A stretch of 64,000 nucleotides of DNA, taken from positions 1-64,000 of IMG/VR virus record IMGVR_UViG_3300030101_002380, one strand, 5' to 3'. The translations under genes and the position numbers were made by a program. Shown one piece after another: positions 1 to 10,300 of the stretch. Under the pieces are notes generated by a model. It was not told where the DNA came from, made no database searches, and saw only the letters and a program-made list of their open reading frames with translations. The DNA is from a virus. Within the stretch, counting starts at the first letter, position 1, and the number at the start of each line of letters is the position of its first letter.

Positions 1-959
1 GCATCCTGATATTTGTTTTCCATTTGATCACCTATACCTGGACCTTTTCTACCATATGTAGCTCCAATACCTGTTTCTCTAAACTGATCTACATCAAAAT
101 CTTTTACTCTACCATACATATCCTTTCCACCAGCTCCCTCCTTCCTTCTTTGTTTATAGAAGTCCATCATACCTTCTTCTATAATCTCATCCTCAAACTC
201 TTTATTTGTTTTAAGATATTTTCCAGGATTATACATAGCTTTTAATCTATCCTTTGGATCATAAACCATATCCTGATCAGAAACATTTCTTACAGTATAT
301 TTCATATAATCCTCTTTACTACCTGGATCATAATATTGATCAGAACCAAAACTCTTTACACCTCTTTCAATAGCATCAGCTAATTCTAAAATTGGATTAT
401 CTCCTATACCAGAAAGTATAGTTGCTTGATCAGGATTTCTAAAACCTAAATCAGCTTGTTGAGCTTTTAATTGAGCTTTCTCAAGATCAGTTAGCTCATC
501 ATTTTCATCTATTGTTTTATCATCAATACCTTCATTAATATCAGTTTCATTATCTTTCCCTTCCTTATTCTCTTCTACTTCTTCATTATTCCCTTTTTGA
601 TTTTCTTCCTCTTCTTCACTTTCTGTTTTAGTATTATAACTACTTCCATTCCACATAAAAGTTTCTTGACCAGCATCTCTAGCTTGTCTAAAAGCTTGTC
701 TAAAAGTTAAACCTGTTGCAGAATCAACATTACCACTTTCTATTTTCCAATTACCTTGTGGATCTATATTAGCCATCTGAACATTACCATTTTCATCTGT
801 CCAATAAGCAGATCCATCTTCTATCACAGCATTATCTGGAATACCATCTCCATCAGAATCAGTTAAATCAACTTCACTAGATCCTTCATCACCTTGAAAT
901 ATAGGTAATGAACCACCACGCTTAGCTAGCATTAAATATGGGTTGGTAATAAAAAACAT
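1..959 (-). CDS. Putative virion cargo/ejection protein, 3'-truncated by the window edge
   Basis: Read manually (absent from ORF track because it has no stop in the window): ATG at 959, MFFITNPYLMLAKRGGSLPIFQGDEGSSEVDLTDSDGDGIPD...TFRQAFRQARDAGQETFMWNGSSYNT..., open to position 1; preceded by the late-promoter motif at 979-987. Confidence 0.75.
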   Translation of the reverse strand, partial: MFFITNPYLMLAKRGGSLPIFQGDEGSSEVDLTDSDGDGIPDNAVIEDGSAYWTDENGNVQMANIDPQGNWKIESGNVDSATGLTFRQAFRQARDAGQETFMWNGSSYNTKTESEEEEENQKGNNEEVEENKEGKDNETDINEGIDDKTIDENDELTDLEKAQLKAQQADLGFRNPDQATILSGIGDNPILELADAIERGVKSFGSDQYYDPGSKEDYMKYTVRNVSDQDMVYDPKDRLKAMYNPGKYLKTNKEFEDEIIEEGMMDFYKQRRKEGAGGKDMYGRVKDFDVDQFRETGIGATYGRKGPGIGDQMENKYQD

Positions 960-978
960 ATAATTACAGTTTACTTTA

Positions 979-987
979 ATAATATAC
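979..987 (-). promoter_or_regulatory. Putative late promoter motif GTATATTAT
   Basis: Exact copy of a 9-mer found in six intergenic gaps upstream of minus-strand operons. Confidence 0.6.
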
Positions 988-1006
988 TAAATAATCAGCA
1001 GATATG

Positions 1007-4000
1007 CTAATTATTTGATTGTTCATTCATTGCTTTTATTGTATCCAAAGTATTGCGTCCTGTTTCTTTGGAATCATTATAATACATTCTATTTAATTTA
1101 TCATACAATTTATTAGCAGATTTTTCTTGATTAGTATTTTTATATAAATCATTAACATAATCTTCATAAAATTGTACTTGCTTGTCTAAACCAAACTCAC
1201 CACCTCTTTTAAATTTTGGCCCCACTGGATAGGTATAAGAAGTACCATAAGTATTATAGTTTCCTTTAGTTATTACATTGTCATCAAAATCTTCTATATC
1301 AGATTCTATAAGTTTTACAAATTGCATATTCTTATTAACTAAATTTACATAGTTTTGTCTTGTTTGTTTACTTCCAGTAGGTCTCCATGTTAATGGTAAT
1401 CTATTAAAAATATCAAATCCTGGTGCATTTTTTTCTTCTGTAGGAATTTGAACTTGATATCTATTTGTTAATATTATCATTGTAGCAAGAGCAGATTTTT
1501 CATGATCCATTAATTCACTATTGTCAATTTTATACATATGATATTGAGTAGACATACCTTTTATAGGAACTCCATTTTCATCTCTTGGTAAAAAGACGCC
1601 ACCTTTATAACCATTATTTTCTGCTTTCTCTTTATCTTCTTTTGATAGTGTATTATAGTCTGGGTGATTTCTTACATCATCATAACCACCATTACTCCCA
1701 TTTAAAGGAATAGCAAAGTTAGTTCCAAACTTTTCATCTGCTTTAGCTAATAGCTCTCTTTCTCTAGGATCTGTAAAACCATAACCAACTCTAAGCTGTG
1801 TCCACCCTACACTTTGATCTGGATCATATGCATATCTATATTTACCTACAACAGAACCTGCACCATATTCTTTATCTGAAATAAATTGCATACCCCTTTT
1901 TCTACCTGCTAGAATAGCATCCTCTAAAGGATCATTTATATCACCCATACCACTTTCATTTCCATAAATGCCAAATGCAGTTAAAGCTATATTATTATAT
2001 AAATCACCATCTATATTTAATAAATCCATCAATGGTTTTTTATTTTTAGCTAAAGCATTTAAAAATGGTTTTGTGTTTTGATAATACTCATTACTTAAAT
2101 TATTTTCATTACCATCTGGAATACTAGAATTTTTATATGAATCTATATCAAATTCAAATTGTATAGGTCTGTAGTTTCCAAAATTTGTAGTAACATTGAT
2201 ACCTGGCCCTCCTTCTACAAACTCACCTTCATCTCCACCTTTACCTTCAAATCTTTTTGCATTTTTTACAGTTTTGTAATATCCTTCTTGTGCTCTCTCT
2301 TGATTTTCTTGTGATGTATAAAAATTTAATTTACCATTTTCATATACAAAAGAGCTACCTTCTTTCTCTGGTAATATGTATACCTCAGTACCTTCTCCTA
2401 TATCTGGATTGTCATATAAAGATTGTAGATCAACACACTTTCCATTTATACATCCAGTTGTTAATCTATTGTTTGTTCCAATACCATCATATAAATTTGA
2501 AGTCCTACCTCTTGTTACACCATGTATGGCAAGTGCTTGTTCTATTCCTGCATCACTTACTAAGTTAAATGATGGAACTAATGCACCTCTTGAATCTCCT
2601 CTATATTTTCTACCACCATCTGCATTAGCTGCAGATATTGTATACTTACCTGCACCTGTCATTCTATTACCACCATACTGATCAAAGCTTGCTTGTCTAT
2701 ATCCAGGAACATTTAATAATTCAGGAATAGTTTTAACACCATTATCTTTCATGTGCTCATTTAATTCATCTTGAGATAATTCTTTTCCATTATATGAATA
2801 TGTAGTTACAGTTTTTGTTGCTTGATCTCCTATCATTGTACCTAACAAAATATCATATGAATCTCTTGGTGCATCTTCTCCGGGATATAATAAATGCATT
2901 TTACCTTTTTGTTTATCAACAACTAAATATGGTTTAGATGCACTCTTTTTTATTTTTAATTTTTGACCTACCATAATATTATTTGGATTGTCAATATTAT
3001 TATTATAAGCAATTGAATTAGCTGTTACACCATCTCTATCTCCTGCAATTGAACTTAATGTATCACCTTGTTTAACTGTATAAGTTTCTGTACTAGATGA
3101 GGTGTCTCCATCATTCTTTGCATTAATAATGGTTTCATAATTATCATAAAGATTTATTTCATCCACTCTTTGTTTTTTTCCACCAACAGTGCTATATGTA
3201 CCATCTTCATTCCTTTCTCTAGTAACCCATACTTCATTTATTGGATTAAATTCATTTATAAAAATTGTATCTTCTGTAGTAACAGGTGACTTTGCAATCT
3301 TCTTCTGTCTTTCTGTACTTTCATTTTTAATATATTGTGCATGTTTAGGCATTATTAATTGATCACCAGGATAAATCCTGTTAATTTGATCACCTGTAAG
3401 ATTATTTAATTCTGCTACCTCAGCCAAACTTACAAAATACTTTGAAGCAATTTCACCTAGTGTATCACCTTTTTGAATTGTATATGATAAAACAGGTTCA
3501 TTAGACTCGGCTGCATTTTTAGATTTTTCATCAAAATATACAACCTCACCGGGATATATTGTTGATCTTCTATCTTTAAATTTTGGATTTAAAGCTATAA
3601 TTTCATCTACACTTTTACCATTATCACTTGCAATCTTTCCTAGATAATCTCCTTGCTGTATTGTATATGGTTCAATAGATCCTCCTGTCTGCATTACCAC
3701 AGGTTGTATCAAACCTCTATCCATTAGTTCTTTCCTAACTATACCAGATATTTCTTTACCTTCATTATATAGTTTTAATTGTTGTTTTAATCTACGTAAT
3801 TTTTTACCTATTTCACCACCCAGTTTTAGACCAAGTAATCCCTTATTAAATTTTTCTATATATTCTATTGGTGTTTTGTTTGTTTGATTTACATCATCCC
3901 CATATAAATGTGGAAATACATCAGCTAATGATTTACCATCTCTTATATGATTGCCAATATATTTTCTTGTTCCTTGTCTTCCTAACATGTTTGATAAAGC

Positions 4001-7000
4001 AGCAATCTCTAACTTAGACATACCATGTTCTACATCACTATACTCATTGTATATATCAGTACCATTTTTAATTAAACCAGGAACACCTTCTATTAAACCA
4101 TTAGCTCTATCTTTAAATATCTTTTTTTGATAGTCTAGATCTTCAGAAAAATCCTCTCTAGTACCATCATACATATTTTCAATCTCACTCCACAACTGTC
4201 CATATAAACCTGTAGCTGTAGATTCAGGATTTAACATTAACTCTCCATTCAAACTTTCTGCATATCTAATACCTTTTTCAAGATCTTCAAACTTAACCTC
4301 ATCACCATCTTGTGCTTGAAATAATGCACCACCAGTTCTTCTTTGTGATTGAGGTATATATTCATCAGATTGTCTTCTTGATTGAGGTACATAACCAGTT
4401 CCTGCAACTTCATTAGCAGTAGGTGTACTAACGTCTAGCGTAGGTGGAAGCGGTTGTGGTGGTAATTGTGTATTAGTTGTATTACCTAATAGACTATCAA
4501 TATTACTAACTGTTCTTTTAGGGATTGTTATAGTAGATTGTGGATCTACTAAGAATGGATTTTCTTCTTCTTCTTCAATTTGTGGTATCTCAATCATACC
4601 TCCAGATATTGGATCAATATTACCAAAAGGATCCATATAGTTTTCTCTCTCTATTCTTCTTGATTCTTTATCTGTAAAAGAAGTGTCTACGCCTTGTAAT
4701 TGTGGATAGTTTGGTTGATCCATTTGCCCACTTAATTCAATAAGCTTATTTAAACCAGCTTCATTAATATAACCTTTCATAGACTGTCCTGATGGACCTT
4801 GACCAGGGGTATCATAAGTATATGCACCACTGTTCATAATATTATCTGGATTATAATTTACAAACATAGTTTTACCAGATTTCCTTCCACTAAGCATTGA
4901 TCTAAATTGTTCAGCAACCTTTGGATCTAGACCTCTAGTTCTTTCAATTCTTTTAGCCATATCCTCGTCAATTGCAATTTGACCCATAGGATTTCTTGAC
5001 ATTGACTTTATAGCATAATCAGGTAATGTTCCTAACCCTATTGTAGATCCAAATACATTAGGATTATTCTGTCTAAATTCTTGAAGTCTATAATAGTCAT
5101 CAGAGAATTGTGGGGGACGTTGAGTTTGAGGTATATATTCATTACCACTGTATTGACTTAATACTTGGTTTTGTTCATCAGGTGTTAAATCATTAAATCC
5201 TGGGTATCTATTCTTTATAAATTCTAAACCTGAAGAAGCTTTTGGTAATTCTTTACCATGTCTAGCTAACATACCATCACCACCTTGATCATCCATTGCT
5301 ATTTCATTAAAGTACATTTCCATTTTAGGAAGTACCTCATCTTTCTTTTCTTGAAATATTTCTTGTTGCTCATCAATTTTAGGTTTATAAAAATTATCTA
5401 TTTCTGTTTTTAAATTACCATAAATTGAATTTAGCACACCTGTAGCTCTTTCTTTTTTACGTTTATTTTTTCCATAATAATCATCTAGTAAATCATTATA
5501 AGATGAATATCTTCTCCTCTCTTTTAAATCTTGTTGGCTTAAATTAAATATATTATTAAAAGTATCTTGTGAAATAAATGGATCTATAACATCTTTATAC
5601 CTATCTCTACTAATAGTTGAAGATGTTATATTTTCTATATATCTTATAATATTGTTACTACCAGATTCATATTCACCTATTTTATCTTCATATTCTTCTT
5701 TTATATTATTTAAATCCATATAATTATTTGTAAGGCTATTATATCCCAATGAATTTAATTGGTACTCTGATGGACCACTTGGTAAAAATAGCCCGTCCCC
5801 ATAATTATAATGTTCTAGATCTTTACTTAACAGTTTATTTAAATGTTTTTCACTAAACTTTTCTTTTGTGTTATCCCAAATACCTTTATCATATAATGCT
5901 GCTTCAGTCTCTGCTTTAATAGAACTTATTTCTGCTGGCCTCATAGCCCACTCACCATATTCATTTTTAGATGTGTCAAAATAGTTTTCACCAAATAAAT
6001 TAACAAGCCAATTTTTATACCCTGGAGCTGGCTCTTGATCAAAAACATCATCTGGATCAGTATATAAATCAGCTAAAGGTTTAAATAATGGTGATCTCAT
6101 TGTATTATATGAATGTGCATATTCATGATCTGCTATATCCCGCCAGTCATCAGGTAGAATAACAGAATCTCCAAAAGTATTTTCAGACCAACCTGATCTT
6201 TTATTCCTAGCAATTTGAACAAAATATGGATATTGAGCAAGTTCTGGAATACCTGGACCATACATTTCAGTAGATCTCATTTGCATATACGGATTTGCTG
6301 GTATATATAATCCTCTATAACCCATATATTTTTCTATACCAAATGGCAACCCATAACCAACATTTGTATTTTGTGCTGACCTACTCATAAATGGATTTAT
6401 AAAAGGAGTCTGCGTATACCTTTTTTGATAACCTTCATATATATTATTATTAATTTGACCATGTGAAACATATGGAAATACAACATGAAAATCTGGGCCT
6501 GCTGCAGTAAAATCATATTGAGCATTTATTCTTTCTGTTAATTCATCTTCAGATAATTGTTCTCCTGTTATATTAAAGACTTGTTTAGCATATCTATCTC
6601 TAAATGGTTTTGACTGTAATTTTTTTAGAAGATATTGTTGTTCTTTAGACGTATCTATCTTTTCATAATTTTGAACTACAAAATCATAAATCTCATCAAG
6701 TGTGTAATCTATTCCCTGTGTATCTATAGCACCTGCTTTATTTATTGTAAACTTTGGTTCTTGAACTTCATTACCATCTTGAAATAGAGGAGGATAAGAA
6801 TGGAAGAGAAAAGGAGAAGGAAGTAAGTATGGAGGAGGAAGTAAGTTTCTAATTTTTCTAGTTGTTCTTTTTACTTTTGTATTAAATGATAATACATCAT
6901 CATATAAGTTTGCTAAATTAGTTCTCATTGGATTTAACTTACCATTAGCGTCATAAACTTCAAAGTCTTTCCCATTAAAACCTCCCTTTATAACATATCC

Positions 7001-7333
7001 CTCCATAAGATTATTTAAGATAGGATTATCATGTGATGGTAATTTATATCCTTCTTTTTCATATTGTTTATACTTAACCATAGCATCATTATATATAGAT
7101 TTCATTTGATCCATAAAACCTCCACCATCTTGTGCTAATGGAACTTCAAAGACAGAACTACCAGGAAATGTATAATTAGCACCCGGCATCATAACTCTAC
7201 TATTACCTAAGTTATCCATACCAAACACAGGAAAGTCTACACCTTCCATAGTTATATTACCTGATGGTATTACATTATAAGGATTATTTCTATCCTTACT
7301 ATTCCTTTTATATCCGTCTTTACTAAATTTCAT
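1007..7333 (-). CDS. Giant multidomain virion cargo protein: HExxH zincin-like, lysozyme/SLT-like, 3x LysM, L,D-transpeptidase-like, second lysozyme-like domain
   Basis: 2108 aa; HEYAH; RYAESLNG..NPESTATGLYGQ; YTIQQGDYLGKIA, YTIQKGDTLGEIA, YTVKQGDTLSSIA (LysM); LVVDKQKGKMHL..LAIHG..RLTTGCIN (YkuD-type H..[ST]xGC); GNESGMG..SVGWTQ; lies directly downstream of tail genes like crAss-like cargo genes. Confidence 0.8.
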   Translation of the reverse strand: MKFSKDGYKRNSKDRNNPYNVIPSGNITMEGVDFPVFGMDNLGNSRVMMPGANYTFPGSSVFEVPLAQDGGGFMDQMKSIYNDAMVKYKQYEKEGYKLPSHDNPILNNLMEGYVIKGGFNGKDFEVYDANGKLNPMRTNLANLYDDVLSFNTKVKRTTRKIRNLLPPPYLLPSPFLFHSYPPLFQDGNEVQEPKFTINKAGAIDTQGIDYTLDEIYDFVVQNYEKIDTSKEQQYLLKKLQSKPFRDRYAKQVFNITGEQLSEDELTERINAQYDFTAAGPDFHVVFPYVSHGQINNNIYEGYQKRYTQTPFINPFMSRSAQNTNVGYGLPFGIEKYMGYRGLYIPANPYMQMRSTEMYGPGIPELAQYPYFVQIARNKRSGWSENTFGDSVILPDDWRDIADHEYAHSYNTMRSPLFKPLADLYTDPDDVFDQEPAPGYKNWLVNLFGENYFDTSKNEYGEWAMRPAEISSIKAETEAALYDKGIWDNTKEKFSEKHLNKLLSKDLEHYNYGDGLFLPSGPSEYQLNSLGYNSLTNNYMDLNNIKEEYEDKIGEYESGSNNIIRYIENITSSTISRDRYKDVIDPFISQDTFNNIFNLSQQDLKERRRYSSYNDLLDDYYGKNKRKKERATGVLNSIYGNLKTEIDNFYKPKIDEQQEIFQEKKDEVLPKMEMYFNEIAMDDQGGDGMLARHGKELPKASSGLEFIKNRYPGFNDLTPDEQNQVLSQYSGNEYIPQTQRPPQFSDDYYRLQEFRQNNPNVFGSTIGLGTLPDYAIKSMSRNPMGQIAIDEDMAKRIERTRGLDPKVAEQFRSMLSGRKSGKTMFVNYNPDNIMNSGAYTYDTPGQGPSGQSMKGYINEAGLNKLIELSGQMDQPNYPQLQGVDTSFTDKESRRIERENYMDPFGNIDPISGGMIEIPQIEEEEENPFLVDPQSTITIPKRTVSNIDSLLGNTTNTQLPPQPLPPTLDVSTPTANEVAGTGYVPQSRRQSDEYIPQSQRRTGGALFQAQDGDEVKFEDLEKGIRYAESLNGELMLNPESTATGLYGQLWSEIENMYDGTREDFSEDLDYQKKIFKDRANGLIEGVPGLIKNGTDIYNEYSDVEHGMSKLEIAALSNMLGRQGTRKYIGNHIRDGKSLADVFPHLYGDDVNQTNKTPIEYIEKFNKGLLGLKLGGEIGKKLRRLKQQLKLYNEGKEISGIVRKELMDRGLIQPVVMQTGGSIEPYTIQQGDYLGKIASDNGKSVDEIIALNPKFKDRRSTIYPGEVVYFDEKSKNAAESNEPVLSYTIQKGDTLGEIASKYFVSLAEVAELNNLTGDQINRIYPGDQLIMPKHAQYIKNESTERQKKIAKSPVTTEDTIFINEFNPINEVWVTRERNEDGTYSTVGGKKQRVDEINLYDNYETIINAKNDGDTSSSTETYTVKQGDTLSSIAGDRDGVTANSIAYNNNIDNPNNIMVGQKLKIKKSASKPYLVVDKQKGKMHLLYPGEDAPRDSYDILLGTMIGDQATKTVTTYSYNGKELSQDELNEHMKDNGVKTIPELLNVPGYRQASFDQYGGNRMTGAGKYTISAANADGGRKYRGDSRGALVPSFNLVSDAGIEQALAIHGVTRGRTSNLYDGIGTNNRLTTGCINGKCVDLQSLYDNPDIGEGTEVYILPEKEGSSFVYENGKLNFYTSQENQERAQEGYYKTVKNAKRFEGKGGDEGEFVEGGPGINVTTNFGNYRPIQFEFDIDSYKNSSIPDGNENNLSNEYYQNTKPFLNALAKNKKPLMDLLNIDGDLYNNIALTAFGIYGNESGMGDINDPLEDAILAGRKRGMQFISDKEYGAGSVVGKYRYAYDPDQSVGWTQLRVGYGFTDPRERELLAKADEKFGTNFAIPLNGSNGGYDDVRNHPDYNTLSKEDKEKAENNGYKGGVFLPRDENGVPIKGMSTQYHMYKIDNSELMDHEKSALATMIILTNRYQVQIPTEEKNAPGFDIFNRLPLTWRPTGSKQTRQNYVNLVNKNMQFVKLIESDIEDFDDNVITKGNYNTYGTSYTYPVGPKFKRGGEFGLDKQVQFYEDYVNDLYKNTNQEKSANKLYDKLNRMYYNDSKETGRNTLDTIKAMNEQSNN

Positions 7334-10300
7334 TATCTAAATGATACATTAAGTTTACTATTGTTTAATTTTAATAACATCTTTCTGTTTCCAGAAACTC
7401 TCTTTCTTAGAATTACAGCATTCCAGTAATGTCTAAACTTCTTACGTTGGAATAATGGTTTTGCTAAGTTTATATTAGCTTGATTTAACTCTCTAATATA
7501 ACCGTTCAATTGTGTTATAAATATTGGCTCACTTGTATTAGGATTAAATTCTCCTCTATCAGCAGTAACATCCCAAAACATATTAAATCTATATTTCTGT
7601 TCTTCTTTACTATATAGTATTTGAATATCATTAGGTGTCACAACTGGGAACTGAGTTATCAATGGTGCATTATTTTTAGGACTCAAATTTAATGATAATA
7701 ATCCAGATACTTGCTCTGTATTATGAAGTATTGCTTCATCAAAATTATAATCAAGATCATGGAATCTATCACCACAATCATTCTCTAAGTTACCTCTATA
7801 GATATAAGACTCTAACTGATACTCAATACTTCTAACAGTATTAACAACTTGACCTACAGATTCTATAAGTTCTACCTCCCATGGATAATCTATATTGTAA
7901 TAATTTGCAAATAAATCACATCTAGCATTGTGTTTCCAAATAGCTCCTAATTCATTTTGTGCTGGCACAGCAGTTAGTAAAGGAGTGCACTCAGTATACA
8001 TACATGTAATATCAAATGTATTTGGGTCAAGGAATGAAGTATTATCATCAAATTCTTTAATACAGTCACCTGGTGAAGCTGGCGGATAATTATTAGATGG
8101 ATCATTAAATACCATATCTGTACCTTCTGGACAAGCACAAGATCTTGTTGAATCTTCTGATAGTGGTATAGTTAAACCATCTACACATAAATACTTGCTT
8201 ACATTTACATCATTAGCTGGACTACCATATTCTGTGCCAGCTAACTGTCTTGTAACTTGAATCTTAAAAAAGATATATTCCCAAGATTGAGTAGCTGTAA
8301 ATTCATAATCATATACTACCCATTGATCTATATTAGTAACGTCTGGAGATCTCCATAAAAGTTCAGATGCACCTAAAGTATCAGCTCCATCATAACCAAA
8401 TTGACTACCTCTATAGTTTTGACCTTGAAATCCAGGAGGCTCAGATCCACCCCATATTTCTAATGTAGGGGCAAAGTTTGTAAATGATGCTGTGCTAGGA
8501 TGACTACTAGCTTGTGCTAATGCAACAGAACCTACTAATAGTGTATTAGGGGCTAATGAATTTGGTGAACCATTTCCATTTACAAGCAGTTGCCATACAC
8601 CCTCTTGGTAGTATGTAGGATTAGCACCCTGTCCATCAAAACCACCTAGACCATTACAACCAGAATCAGGATCTCCTGATTGAAGCATTCCTATAAAAGC
8701 ATCTCCTTCATATGGTTGTATTGAGTTAACAGGTGGTAAATTAGTTGGACATGTATCAGGTGACATGACTCCATTAACAAGATCACTTTGATTCTGACAC
8801 AAATAACCATTATTCCAAGGGCTTGGTGTCTGGGACCATCCATAATTATCACCTTGTTGTAAGTTAAATCCTGGATTAGCAAATTGAGATGTACCAAAAC
8901 CTACCACAGGTTCAGTGTCAGTTGCAATAATTGGATCTATAAAACCTACAAAACAACATTGCTCAACACCATTAACTATCTGTGGTGTAGACCCTGGTGG
9001 GCATCCTGGTGGATCACATTGATCTGTTATTGGATTATATGTATAACCTGGTGGACAATAAGGTGTATCTAATGTAATATTTTTTGTTGTAAAGAAATGA
9101 TTCAAACTTGGTATTGTTAAATCAGGATGCCAATCATGAAATGATATCCATGCTCTTGCTTTAGGATCATAACTTACCGTCCATGATACATCTTTAAAAT
9201 ATTGTTCATCTGATAATTCAATAGGTACTGTAGCATCAAAAAATGTAACTGGCTCATATACTTCACAACGGCATTCATAATCATTTACACTATTTCCTGT
9301 AGTTCCTGGTAACTGTGTTAATCCTGGATTACATGGATTAAGTACTGTTCCAGGATCACAAAAATATTCAGGTATATCAAAAATAAATTCATCTGCAATA
9401 ATATCTGCTACCTGTGCACCTTGACCAGGCCCAGCAGAAAATGCATTATTCATAGTTTGAACCATACATCCTACTACATTTTGTGGTGCATTAGCAATAT
9501 TAGGAACATTAGCTGCTGTGCATTGTACTATATATGTTTCTACTCCTTGATTCCATACATCATTTTGAATATTTGTTGTACATCCAAAACAATTTGCGCC
9601 AGTACAAGCACTACCACCACTGTCTGCATCAGTTAACACAATCATAATTCTTCTATAACCTGCTTGTCCTGATCTATCACCTAAACTTGAACCTCCAAAA
9701 TTATCTAATATTGCCATACCTTGGATAATAGCATCATCATATTCATCTCCAGCACCATCTAGAACTGGTTGACCAAAGCCAAACGTTGGTCCATTATTAG
9801 TTGTTATAGAATTTAATAATGTTGAGTCAGTAGTCATAGGTGCCACAGTACCTCTTGATCCTGGAGGACCACTACAATTTCCACAAGCAGCAGTAAATGG
9901 ATCAGCTGTCCATACTCCTAATCCAATTTGAACAGAGTTTTGAGCAGTAGGATTATTAGTTAAACTACCATTTAGTAGAGAATCAATTTGTTGTACAAAC
10001 TGTGTAGCAAATGCATTTCCTGTTTGATGACCTTGTGTGCCGGCTCCAGCTGTTGATCCATTACTACCTGACAAATCTAAAACAATAGCAATATCAATTG
10101 GATTATAACCTGGTACAATACGCTCTGAAGCATCAAAAATTTCTATTTTTTCACACTCTTGTCCTACAGGATTTGAAGGATCATATGTGTATCCATTAGG
10201 ACAACATGGTACAGGAGGAGTTCCATTACACTGAGTTAAGTTATATACAAAACCATTACATGCATCAAAATTTATGCAATCTGGGTTTAATGCTTCATAA

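Noticed and set aside
6785-6846. Purine-rich tract with duplicated GGAAGTAAGT
   Set aside because: In-frame low-complexity Pro/Leu linker in the cargo protein; no evidence of a separate element
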